Assembly (NCBI GenBank): GCA_964487045.1
Contig: CAZAOT010000002.1
Coordinates: 1-51,304 of the forward strand
Direction of reading: 5' to 3'
Length of the DNA stretch: 51,304 nucleotides
DNA from: an uncultured Candidatus Saccharibacteria bacterium
GTDB taxonomy: Bacteria; Patescibacteriota; UBA1384; DTJR01
Under the pieces are notes generated by a model. That model was not told where the DNA came from and made no database searches. It saw nothing but the letters and a program-made list of their open reading frames with translations. Numbering within the stretch: the first letter of the stretch is position 1; every line of letters begins with the position of its first letter. The position numbers and the translations under genes are program-made. Positions 9,088 to 18,166 of this stretch are shown here, piece after piece.

Positions 9088-11730
9088 TTAGATGCTCTTA
9101 CGGACATGCTTCAAGGTATTTATCGAAGGCTCGTCAATCAGCTTTTCCTGAATGTTTTTGGGCTTAGCCGTCGGCTCTTTCTTCTTTTTGACCATTCCCG
9201 TGAAGATCATCTCCAAATACTCATCTACCTCATCTCTTGGGGTAGCATATTTCTCCCTGGAGCGGGCTAGGACAGCTTTTTCTACTTCATCGCTTGGCGA
9301 TATATCAAGCGGAACAGTAACGCCGGAAAAGGCGTTCTCGCTGGCTTCGTTGCTGACTTTCATATAGAAGTGATATGGAGCTAGGTTTACAATATCTCCC
9401 TTTTCGACTTCCGGCTCCATAAATGGTAGTATAAACTTTTCTTCATCCGGACTAGCCTTTAGACATATAATTGTATTGGCGTTGCCGGCTACTACTTTCA
9501 AAATGCTCTGATCTTCGACTTGAGCAATGTTCTGATGGGAAGCAATCAACCCGATTCTGAACTTTCTACCTTCGCTTGTTATCTCGGAAAATCTTGGCGT
9601 GGCAAAATTTTGGAACTCATCAACATATAGAAAGAAATCCCGTCGTTTGTTTTCCGGAATCTTGGTCCGTTGATAAGCCGCCATCCAGATTATTGAAGTC
9701 AATATTGTGCCGAAGAAAAAGCTTTGGTCCTCGCCTAAGTCGCCTTTAGCTAAATTAACCAGCAAGATCTTGCCTTCATCCATGATCTGGCTGATACTAA
9801 TGGTGCTCTTTTCTTGAAGTAAAATATGGCGGGACATTTTGGCAGTAATAAAATGGCCGAGCCTTTGAGTCAGTGGAGCGGTTACGCTTGAGAGCTGCAT
9901 TTTGCCAAGCAAGGCAAACTCTTTATTCCAGAATTGTTTTAGAACCGGATCTCCGAGCGATGCAGCCGTTTTTTTCTGGAAGCTTTTATCGGTCAAAAGT
10001 CTTTGCAGGGTCCAAAGACTTGGGTTTTCGGTTTGCAGAGCCGTCAAGGTGGTATTGCGCAGGATATGTTCCATTCTTGGGCCCCAATATTCTTTAGCTG
10101 TCATCTTAGCGAAGACCGCTAGAACAGAGCTGGTAATCCACTCTTCCTCATCCTCCTTGTCTTGGAACTTAACGCCAGGTGAGAGAATATTCAATCCGAT
10201 TGGCCATTGCCTGTCGGAAGGATCAAAGACAATAACATCATCTTTCCTGTTCTCCGGAATAAGCTTTAAGAGCTCGTGAAACATATCTCCATGCGGATCA
10301 AAAACAGCTAAGCCTTTGCCGTTTACCATATCCTGATAGATTGAGCTTTTGAGCAGAGTGGTTTTTCCAGTTCCTGTTTTGCCGATGACATACATATGCT
10401 TCCGGCGTTGTTCCAGCGTTACACCGATCGGGGTTTGGTATCCAGCATAATCGTTAGACCCAAGTATAATATCTAACTCGGGATTTTCTTTCTTGAACGA
10501 TAGCGGAGCCGGCAACTCACGACTTCTGACACGAGACAAATCTTCAGCATGAACATCTGTAGTAAATGGGAAATGATAAAGCGCTCCGATTTCCGATGGG
10601 GTTAACACCAGCGATCCGCCAATGCGGTGCTTAAACTTCCATAATTGAATTGCTTGAGAAATGACACCAAAGTAATTTCTTTTAACTATTAATGTTTGTC
10701 CGCAAGTATGGCGGTAGCTCATGAATGAAGACCGCAAACCTTTTTCCCGCTCAATCATTTGACCGCTTTCGACTATTAGAAGAGTGCGGATGTTCGTCTC
10801 AAAAAGCGGAGAGCTGAGTTTTGCTTTGGACAGCTCGGAGAATTCAATGTCAGCCGGTGATGGCTCAAATTTTGTTGAAGTAATAGGAACTTTGGTTTCA
10901 TTGCCGGAAACAAATTCAGCTAGAAAAAGAATTGGAACCATTACTACATGAGTGACAAATTCCAATACCCAAACAAAGACTTTAGCTGATCTCTGAGCTT
11001 GGGTATTCTGCGACCAATCAATATGCGGATTACGCCGTAATACTTTTCTCAACCTAGCAGTTTCATGTCTCAAGCCATTTTTACTAGAGTGAATCAATGG
11101 TCTCAGAACAACCTGTAGCGATAAAAGCTCGCCGTCTTTAAGCCGCGACATGTTGGATGTCAAATACGCCAAAGGATCATGCTTGTTAAGATCGGCCTGC
11201 TCACTTAATGGCAGACAGAAATGTTTTTGCTGTGCGAACTCCAAAACCTTTACATTGTTGGAAATTGCTTGAGGTATATATTCTTTAATATGTTCGATCT
11301 TCAAATCCGGTGTATATGCTCGCAAAGTTTTTTCAATAGTTGATGCATAAGACTTTGGGGTGCGGATAACATATTGGATGCCAGTTTCTTTTTTGGAAAC
11401 AATTTCGAATGATGCGGAGATTTGCCGAAAGGTCAGTTTGTCTTTCCATGACTTTTGTTCCAACAGACCCATAATCAAATTGAATAATTGAGTGTTGGAA
11501 ACATTTTGGATCTTGGTATCAACAGGCGGAGTAATTTCCAAAAAAACATATTGCTCTTTCAAGTGGCGGAATAATCGAACTATGTATAAAACAATTACAA
11601 AAAATAGCCATAAGGCTATTAAGTAGAGAGCAATAATGACTAAGCGACTGTAGAGGCCAACCATCTGAGGAGACCAAAATATACGACTAATGCTTTGGAA
11701 GAGGGATAAATTGGAGATACTAAAATTCAT
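9088..11730 (-). CDS. Type IV coupling protein (VirD4/TraG-like ATPase)
   Basis: N-terminal TM helices, Walker A GKTGTGKTT and Walker B-like FFLYVDEFQNF; 880 aa. Confidence 0.8.
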   Translation of the reverse strand: MNFSISNLSLFQSISRIFWSPQMVGLYSRLVIIALYLIALWLFFVIVLYIVRLFRHLKEQYVFLEITPPVDTKIQNVSNTQLFNLIMGLLEQKSWKDKLTFRQISASFEIVSKKETGIQYVIRTPKSYASTIEKTLRAYTPDLKIEHIKEYIPQAISNNVKVLEFAQQKHFCLPLSEQADLNKHDPLAYLTSNMSRLKDGELLSLQVVLRPLIHSSKNGLRHETARLRKVLRRNPHIDWSQNTQAQRSAKVFVWVLEFVTHVVMVPILFLAEFVSGNETKVPITSTKFEPSPADIEFSELSKAKLSSPLFETNIRTLLIVESGQMIEREKGLRSSFMSYRHTCGQTLIVKRNYFGVISQAIQLWKFKHRIGGSLVLTPSEIGALYHFPFTTDVHAEDLSRVRSRELPAPLSFKKENPELDIILGSNDYAGYQTPIGVTLEQRRKHMYVIGKTGTGKTTLLKSSIYQDMVNGKGLAVFDPHGDMFHELLKLIPENRKDDVIVFDPSDRQWPIGLNILSPGVKFQDKEDEEEWITSSVLAVFAKMTAKEYWGPRMEHILRNTTLTALQTENPSLWTLQRLLTDKSFQKKTAASLGDPVLKQFWNKEFALLGKMQLSSVTAPLTQRLGHFITAKMSRHILLQEKSTISISQIMDEGKILLVNLAKGDLGEDQSFFFGTILTSIIWMAAYQRTKIPENKRRDFFLYVDEFQNFATPRFSEITSEGRKFRIGLIASHQNIAQVEDQSILKVVAGNANTIICLKASPDEEKFILPFMEPEVEKGDIVNLAPYHFYMKVSNEASENAFSGVTVPLDISPSDEVEKAVLARSREKYATPRDEVDEYLEMIFTGMVKKKKEPTAKPKNIQEKLIDEPSINTLKHVRKSI

Positions 11731-11827
11731 ATGCTCCTGGCCCGCCTCCTTATTCTGTTGTTAGGTTGCTATTTAAGGTTTAGCATAATGCGTGTATAAA
11801 TGTAAAGCCTGAGAGCAAAATAGCCTC

Positions 11828-11869
11828 TTGACAACTATCTGTATAAAGATATATTATCTATATATAGAT
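11828..11869 (+). promoter_or_regulatory. Sigma70-like promoter plus a 14-bp perfect palindrome upstream of the recombinase operon
   Basis: TTGACA (11828-11833), 17-nt spacer, ATATTA (11851-11856); atctatatatagat (11856-11869); then AGGAGGAGG and ATG at 11879. Confidence 0.5.
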
Positions 11870-11878
11870 AGGAGGAGG

Positions 11879-12073
11879 ATGGACGATCTAAGTGCAAATG
11901 CTCACATTAAGGCCAAAGAACCAAGCGAACTGCTCTCTATTGAAGAATGCAAGAAACAGCTTAAAAAGTATAACTTATCGGACGAGCAGATACTCCAGCT
12001 CAAGAACGGTTTAATTGGAATTGTAGACAGTATTATTAACTCGTATATAAATGAATTCGATCAAACCCGATAA
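11879..12073 (+). CDS. Small (64 aa) helical protein co-transcribed with the recombinase; function unknown
   Basis: Strong SD and ATG at 11879; overlaps the recombinase start. The track's 11828 start falls on the -35 box, so it was rejected. Confidence 0.35.
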   Translation: MDDLSANAHIKAKEPSELLSIEECKKQLKKYNLSDEQILQLKNGLIGIVDSIINSYINEFDQTR

Positions 12074-13706
12074 AGAATACACAAAGGCTGTTATTTACTG
12101 CCGCGTTTCCTCTGAGAAGCAGGTTAAGGAGGGAAACGGCTTAGATAGCCAAGAACATAGGTGCAGGGAATACGCTGCTTCTCTTGGCCTTGAGGTAGTA
12201 AATGTTTTCAGGGATGAAGGCATATCCGGCGGACTTTTTGATCGGCCGGCAATGAAATCGCTAATAAAGTTTTTGGATAATAATTGGCAAAACAAATACT
12301 GTGTCATTTTCGACGACCTCAAGAGATTTGCCAGAGATGTTCAGGTTCACATAAGACTAAAAACAGAACTAAAGGTTCGGGAAGCCAAGCCTTGCTGCTT
12401 AAATTATAATTTCGATGATAGCGCCGAGGGCGAATTTGTCGAGACAATTTTTGCAGCTCAGAATGAGCTTGAGCGCAAGCAAAATCGAAGACAAGTTTGC
12501 CAGAAAATGAAGGCTAGAATGGAGCGTGGATATTGGTGTCTTCAAGCGCCAGTTGGTTACGAGTACAAAAAAGATAAAGAGCATGGCAAGATTATTGTTC
12601 CTATTCCGGAAATTGCCAACATATTGGCGGAAGGACTGAATAAGTTTGCTGATGAACAGCTCGTCAGGCAAGTCGATTTACTTAACTTTTTCCTTTCCAA
12701 GAATTTGCAGGATTTGATGGGGATTAGGCGGCTTAGGTCTGATCATGTAAAGAACATTTTGACCAGGTCTTTGTATACCGGAATCGTTGAGTATCCTGAG
12801 TGGGGTGTAGAGCCGCGCGAAGGATATCACCAAGCCATAATCTCAAAAGATACCTACGAGCGAATACAAGTTCGCCTCAGAAGACCCGAGAGGAAACCAA
12901 GAGAAACAGATAGTTTGGAGTTTCCTTTGCGACGAGTGGTGAATTGTTCAGTCTGCGGTACTAAAATGACCGGTAGCGTCAGTAAAGGCAAAGTTAAATA
13001 TTATCCTCACTATACATGCAACAACAAAGAGTGCACCGCCAATCCGAAAAACATCACCGCTTCCAAAATGGAAGAAGATTATATTGATCTCTTGGATAAA
13101 ATCAAGGTCGAACAAGAGATATTGGAAATCGGCAAAATTGTCGCAACGAGAATATGGAAACAGAAAGTTAAAGATATTGACGCGAATCAAAAGATGAAAG
13201 AATCAGAGAAGAAAGAATTGGAACAAAAGATTTTTGAGTATATCGACTTAGTACCAAAAGCCAAATCAGACGCAGTAAGGACGCACTATGAGGCCAAAAT
13301 TGAGGATTTAGATAAGCGCATCAAAGAGCTGGATGAAAAAGTAGAAAATAAAAAAACGCCTGACTTTTTTGAGGCGCTTAAATTAACAATGAAATTCCTT
13401 GGAACACCGGCCGAAACGTGGGTAAACTCGAATAATCAGCTTAAAATTGTGCTTCACAATATGATATTTGCCGAGAACCCGAGTTATTGCTTAAATACCG
13501 GATTTGGAACACCTAAATTGTCGCTCCCATTCCATATAAAGGACCATATTGACGACGATAATGGTGATTTGGTGGACCCGACAGGATTTGAACCTGCGAC
13601 TTTCTGCATGCCATGCAGACGCTCTACCGCTGAGCTACGGGCCCAAAATGTATTTGATAACTTTGGTCTATATTACCATCTCCAAACCATATTTTCAACC
13701 CGTTAG
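12051..13706 (+). CDS. Large serine recombinase (Rec1)
   Basis: Resolvase-type catalytic N-terminus VIYCRVSSEKQ...DDLKRFARD, recombinase domain, Zn ribbon CSVCGTK...YTCNNKEC and a coiled coil. The last 45 codons run antisense across tRNA-Ala(GGC) and its promoter. Confidence 0.85.
   Translation: MNSIKPDKEYTKAVIYCRVSSEKQVKEGNGLDSQEHRCREYAASLGLEVVNVFRDEGISGGLFDRPAMKSLIKFLDNNWQNKYCVIFDDLKRFARDVQVHIRLKTELKVREAKPCCLNYNFDDSAEGEFVETIFAAQNELERKQNRRQVCQKMKARMERGYWCLQAPVGYEYKKDKEHGKIIVPIPEIANILAEGLNKFADEQLVRQVDLLNFFLSKNLQDLMGIRRLRSDHVKNILTRSLYTGIVEYPEWGVEPREGYHQAIISKDTYERIQVRLRRPERKPRETDSLEFPLRRVVNCSVCGTKMTGSVSKGKVKYYPHYTCNNKECTANPKNITASKMEEDYIDLLDKIKVEQEILEIGKIVATRIWKQKVKDIDANQKMKESEKKELEQKIFEYIDLVPKAKSDAVRTHYEAKIEDLDKRIKELDEKVENKKTPDFFEALKLTMKFLGTPAETWVNSNNQLKIVLHNMIFAENPSYCLNTGFGTPKLSLPFHIKDHIDDDNGDLVDPTGFEPATFCMPCRRSTAELRAQNVFDNFGLYYHLQTIFSTR
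13570..13644 (-). tRNA. tRNA-Ala (anticodon GGC), CCA encoded
   Basis: Hand-folded cloverleaf: GGGCCCG/CGGGTCC acceptor with G3:U70, D-stem GCTC/GAGC, anticodon loop ATGGCAT, T-arm GCAGG-TTCAAAT-CCTGT, ACCA. Confidence 0.9.
13670..13698 (-). promoter_or_regulatory. Promoter of tRNA-Ala(GGC)
   Basis: On the minus strand: TTGAAA, 17 nt, TAATAT, about 26 nt before the tRNA 5' end. Confidence 0.5.
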
Positions 13707-13792
13707 AGATCCGGAAAATCTAATTCGATTCTTTCGACCGCACAAACAACGAAAAGATAGAATTTTAGAATTAGATCAATCTCCTACGGGTT

Positions 13793-15325
13793 TCAAGGTT
13801 GGCGAGGTAAGATTAATGATTCGTCAAAGTAATCAACTTTTGGAAGACCGGAGAGCGAAATACATGTAGATGCAACATTGCTTAGACGAAGTCCTGGTTT
13901 TAATTTAAATTTGCCGTAATTGCTAACTACAATAAACGGAACTGGATTTTTCGTATGCTCTGTGTCTGGTCCGCCGTAGACTGGATTTACCATTTGTTCG
14001 ATATTACCATGGTCTGCAGTTAGGACTAAAATTATATCTTCGTCTAGGCAAACTTGGACTAACTCTTTTAGCACATCATCGATTGTCTGGACAGCCTGCA
14101 GGGCTGCCCTAAAATCACCAGTGTGGGCAACCATGTCTCCATTTGCAAAGTTGCATATATAAAATGGATAATCGGAGTTTTTTATATGTTTAATGAGTTC
14201 ATTTTTTACTCCAACTGCCGACATCTGTGGTTTTTGAGCATATGACTCAACAGCGGGAGAGGGTATTAGGATGCGATCTTCCATTGGATATGGTTCTTCT
14301 CGGTTGCCATTAATGAAAAATGTTACATGAGCAAATTTTTCTGTTTCAGCAATGTGAAATTGCTTTAAATTATTTTGAGAAATATATTCTCCGATAGTAT
14401 TTGATACTTTTGCTTTCTGAAATGCAATCTTAGCCTTTAGGTTTAATTCTTTTTCAATTCCATATGGGATAAATGAAATAAAGTCCAAATTAAGAAATTT
14501 ATCTCTTTTAAATTTATCAAAATCTTTTGCTAGAAATGCTTGAGACAACTGCCTGGTTCTATCAGATCTGAAATTGAAGAAAACGAGTATATCACCCTCG
14601 GAAATTCTTTTGCCACCCTCTATTATTCGAGGAGTAATATATTCGTCAGTTTCACCATCTCGATATGCCTGAGAGAGTGCGGCTAATGCAGATTTTGATT
14701 TAATTCCCTCGCCGTTTACTAGAGCATTATAAGCAGTCTGAGTTCTAACCCAATTTCCTTTTCTATCTAAGAGAACCCTGCCCATAATTGTAGCGATTTT
14801 TCCACATTTATACTGAGCTATAATTTGTTCTAAGCGATCAACAAATTCTAATCCCTTGTATACATCAGTATCTCTTCCGTCTGTAAATAGATGTAAATAT
14901 ATTTCGGGAGCATTCATGGAGCAGCATAATTCCAGAAGTGCGATTAAGTGGTCAATGTGAGAATGAATCCCTGCATCAGAAAGAATACCCATAAAATGAA
15001 TTGGAACTTTTCTTGCAATAGATGACTTAACCGCCTCGATTAATACCGGATTCTTGAAAAACTCCTTGTTCTTAATCGATCTATTTATTGCGGTAACATC
15101 CTGTTCGATTATGTTACCTCCACCTAAATTCATATGGCCTACCTCAGAGTTACCAACTTCGTGTCCAGGTAGTCCTACGTAACGTCCAGAGGCGTGCAGA
15201 AGGGTATTTGGATATGTTCTTAGTAATTTATAGAATGTTTTTGGATGAGCGGTTGAAATCGCATTACCACCCCAGCTAGAAGAAGACCCCCAACCATCAA
15301 GTATTACAAGAGCTAGCTTTCTCAT
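13793..15325 (-). CDS. gpmI: 2,3-bisphosphoglycerate-independent phosphoglycerate mutase, paralog 2
   Basis: LDGWG, NSEVGH (catalytic Ser), ANGDMVAHTG and TADHGN motifs; ATGA start/stop overlap with paralog 1. Confidence 0.8.
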   Translation of the reverse strand: MRKLALVILDGWGSSSSWGGNAISTAHPKTFYKLLRTYPNTLLHASGRYVGLPGHEVGNSEVGHMNLGGGNIIEQDVTAINRSIKNKEFFKNPVLIEAVKSSIARKVPIHFMGILSDAGIHSHIDHLIALLELCCSMNAPEIYLHLFTDGRDTDVYKGLEFVDRLEQIIAQYKCGKIATIMGRVLLDRKGNWVRTQTAYNALVNGEGIKSKSALAALSQAYRDGETDEYITPRIIEGGKRISEGDILVFFNFRSDRTRQLSQAFLAKDFDKFKRDKFLNLDFISFIPYGIEKELNLKAKIAFQKAKVSNTIGEYISQNNLKQFHIAETEKFAHVTFFINGNREEPYPMEDRILIPSPAVESYAQKPQMSAVGVKNELIKHIKNSDYPFYICNFANGDMVAHTGDFRAALQAVQTIDDVLKELVQVCLDEDIILVLTADHGNIEQMVNPVYGGPDTEHTKNPVPFIVVSNYGKFKLKPGLRLSNVASTCISLSGLPKVDYFDESLILPRQP

Positions 15326-16884
15326 CTTAAGGCTCCTAAAAGATTAATCCCGCTCATTTCAGCAGATTTTTCGATGCCCAATGACTGGGAAATCGTTGGG
15401 GCTATATCGGCAAGTATTCCGACTGGTTCGCTATTAAATAATTCATCCTTTGATATGTAGCGGCCTTTATATTTAAGGTCGCAATAGATAAACGGAACAG
15501 GATTGAGAGTGTGCTCTTTGTTTGGTTTGCCTGTAGCAAAATCAATCATTTCATCGCAATTACCATGGTCTGCGGTAATAATTACTCGATAATCTTTCCT
15601 AAGAAGCTCTCCGACTAATTTCCCCAATACCTGGTCAAGTATTGATACTGCGTTTTTGGTAGCTTCAAAATTTCCGGTATGACCAACCATATCTCCATTT
15701 GCAAAATTAGCTGCAATAAAATTAATCCCTGAATTTGCAGCTGCAACTATCTCGTTTGAAATTTCCACCGCTCTCATTTGTGGATACTGGTCAAAGCTTT
15801 TTACTTTCTTCGTCTGAATAATTTTATCGATTTCGCCATTAAATACTTTCTTATCGCCCCCTGCAAAGAAATATGTGATATGCGCAAACTTCTCTGTTTC
15901 TGCCACATGAAATTGCTTCAGATTATTCTGAGAAATTATTTGACTAAGTGGATTGCGCAGTGGATTTGTTTCGGGGTTGTTTAAATCGAGATTGGAAAAA
16001 AGCACATTAAGCCCCAGGTTGTCATCATAGGTAGTCATCGAATAGAAATTTCTAGTAATAGATCTTCGTTTGATGTCTGGTAAATTTGGATCCACAAAGG
16101 CGCGAGTCATTTGTACTGCTCTGTCAGATCTATAGTTTGTAAAAATAAAAACATCCTTAGTAAAATCAAAAACGTCTTCCGAGAAGCTTACCGGTTCAAT
16201 GAACTCATCGGTTTTTCCTGCGGCGTATGAATCTTCGATTACCTGATTCGGGTTGTTGGCTTTCTTACCAATTCCAGTTATTGCGTCATATGCAAGCTGT
16301 ATCCTGTCCCAATTTTTATCTCTGTCCATCGCGTAATATCTTCCCATCATTGATCCAAAACTAGTTAGTTTGCCAATTTGCTTAGAGATGTGGTCTAAAA
16401 ATAACTTAGATGATTTTTCCGCCGTATCTCTTCCATCAGTTATTGCGTGAAGGATAATTTTTGTTTTGGGCTTATCGCTTTTAATTAACTTAACTAAACT
16501 AATCAAATGATTAATATGTCCATGGACAGCTCCATCGGACATTACAAACAAGACATGAATGTTAGATCCTGACTCAGCGGAGTCAATGATTTTTTTATAC
16601 TCAGGTTTTTTTCTAAATTCACCATTTGTAAGTTTTAGAGTTATTTGTGGCAGATCTTGCAAAACAATTCTACCTAGGCCGATCGCAGTATGACCAACCT
16701 CACTAGAGCCAAATTCTCCCCAGGGAAGACCAACTTCTTCAGCCGAAGCTTTTAGGAGACACTTTGGGAATACTGGCAGGATAGCATCGAGATTCGGAGT
16801 AGGAGTATTTAAAATAGCATTTCCAGTGAGTTCTGGAGTTATTCCAAAACCATCCAATATCAGAAGCGCTACTTTTTTTGACAC
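15322..16884 (-). CDS. gpmI: 2,3-bisphosphoglycerate-independent phosphoglycerate mutase, paralog 1 (GTG start)
   Basis: LDGFG, SSEVGH, ANGDMVGHTG and TADHGN motifs; SD GGAGCGAGG upstream of the GTG. Confidence 0.85.
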   Translation of the reverse strand: MSKKVALLILDGFGITPELTGNAILNTPTPNLDAILPVFPKCLLKASAEEVGLPWGEFGSSEVGHTAIGLGRIVLQDLPQITLKLTNGEFRKKPEYKKIIDSAESGSNIHVLFVMSDGAVHGHINHLISLVKLIKSDKPKTKIILHAITDGRDTAEKSSKLFLDHISKQIGKLTSFGSMMGRYYAMDRDKNWDRIQLAYDAITGIGKKANNPNQVIEDSYAAGKTDEFIEPVSFSEDVFDFTKDVFIFTNYRSDRAVQMTRAFVDPNLPDIKRRSITRNFYSMTTYDDNLGLNVLFSNLDLNNPETNPLRNPLSQIISQNNLKQFHVAETEKFAHITYFFAGGDKKVFNGEIDKIIQTKKVKSFDQYPQMRAVEISNEIVAAANSGINFIAANFANGDMVGHTGNFEATKNAVSILDQVLGKLVGELLRKDYRVIITADHGNCDEMIDFATGKPNKEHTLNPVPFIYCDLKYKGRYISKDELFNSEPVGILADIAPTISQSLGIEKSAEMSGINLLGALR

Positions 16885-17032
16885 TTGTGCCCCTCGCTCC
16901 GTGAATTGCGCTCCAAGGCAGGAAGCAATTCCGGAAGTCCCGTCACTTTGATCCCTACTTGCCTGCCGGTAGGCAGGTTCGCAAATTTCTTAGATTAAGA
17001 ATATTGCGAGAGGGTGAAAAGTGACTGGGATA
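16885..17032 (-). repeat. Structured intergenic repeat, copy A (5' of gpmI)
   Basis: Shares ordered sequence blocks and stem positions with 18167-18290 (see findings). Confidence 0.6.
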
Positions 17033-18166
17033 TTAATTCTCCATTTTTTTTATTATATCCATTGTGATATTTTTGCTTCGCTCTACAGCAGGTTGGTCAA
17101 ATGGATTTACGTCTCTTAGGATTGATGAATAGAAAGCAACAAGATGCCAGAATGCCGTCAGCTCACCAACTGTCTTAGGAGATATTTCATTTATCGACAG
17201 TGTTACATTTGGCACATTTTTTTCGTCCGCATCTCCCTTGGTTCCTAGATATTCAGCATCGAGAGCGTCTTCATATTTAACTTGATCTACAAAAGCAAGT
17301 TTTTCGCCTTTGTAGTTAACTTCTGCTATCTCTTTCGGTACTTCGATTTTTTCGCTTGAGCCACTATTTGAGGTAATAAATGTTCCAATAACATTATCCT
17401 TGCCACCCAGGAAGCGCTGATTAGTATGGTGTTGAGCCTCTGGTCCCATCGCAAAGTAAAATGTTTGCCCCTTTCCATCCTTGCATGCAGACTCATGCAT
17501 AAGCTGGACTATAAGATTTTCAAAGCCAGCTAACGACTCTGAGTAACACGTTACATACACTTCGTTGTATCCATCACTCTCTTTATCAAAATAATACTTT
17601 GAGAGAGTATATGCTTCATTTTTTAGATTTTTGTAGCCAGAGTCCATGCCCTCTTGTATTCCTTTAATATCAATTCCGCAAAGTGCTGCTGATACAAATG
17701 TTGATGAAGTACCTCCTGAGAATCTGCCTCCTACAGTAGGATGCTCAATGACAGCCCAATTCATTTTCTTGGCTATTTCAAGCATTGTTCCACCTTCTAG
17801 ATTCGTAACTACAACTACAGGAAACTCCTTGAAGTATAATAGGGATTCTATTTGCCCCAGCGTATTTCCAGATTTCGATACTGAGACGACGATAGTATCC
17901 TCTGGCGAGTATTTAGACTTAATCTTTTTTAAGTACTGCGGATCCATTGTCCAGACAGAATCGGTAAGTTTTTCAGGTAGCAAAGCGTGACGATAAGCGT
18001 CAAAGCTAGTTATCGATCCGCCGTTACCAACAACGATAATGTTTTTTGTCGTCGGAGAGATCTTTTTAATCTCTTCTTCTAACTTTTGTAAATCTTCTCG
18101 GTAATCAAAAACTTCCGACCAATCCGAAGTTGCCTGCTCAATATTCTTGAGATCTATTTTTATCAT
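17033..18166 (-). CDS. pgi: Glucose-6-phosphate isomerase (short SIS-type)
   Basis: VSKSGNTLGQIE (SKSGxT motif), two SIS-like halves, 377 aa. Confidence 0.7.
   Translation of the reverse strand: MIKIDLKNIEQATSDWSEVFDYREDLQKLEEEIKKISPTTKNIIVVGNGGSITSFDAYRHALLPEKLTDSVWTMDPQYLKKIKSKYSPEDTIVVSVSKSGNTLGQIESLLYFKEFPVVVVTNLEGGTMLEIAKKMNWAVIEHPTVGGRFSGGTSSTFVSAALCGIDIKGIQEGMDSGYKNLKNEAYTLSKYYFDKESDGYNEVYVTCYSESLAGFENLIVQLMHESACKDGKGQTFYFAMGPEAQHHTNQRFLGGKDNVIGTFITSNSGSSEKIEVPKEIAEVNYKGEKLAFVDQVKYEDALDAEYLGTKGDADEKNVPNVTLSINEISPKTVGELTAFWHLVAFYSSILRDVNPFDQPAVERSKNITMDIIKKMEN

Larger units (their letters stand above)
136..13569. mobile_element. Right-hand part of an ICE-like conjugative element (T4SS + coupling protein + relaxase-like gene + cargo + serine recombinase); the left end lies outside the window
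   Basis: Contiguous T4SS gene set in pCF10/Tn916-like order, T4CP, replication-relaxation gene, and a large serine recombinase abutting and overlapping tRNA-Ala(GGC). The boundary at the tRNA is inferred. Confidence 0.6.

Noticed and set aside
13549-13869. 106-aa + strand ORF
   Set aside because: It overlaps the tRNA-Ala(GGC) gene, its promoter and the 3' end of gpmI, so it is a shadow frame.
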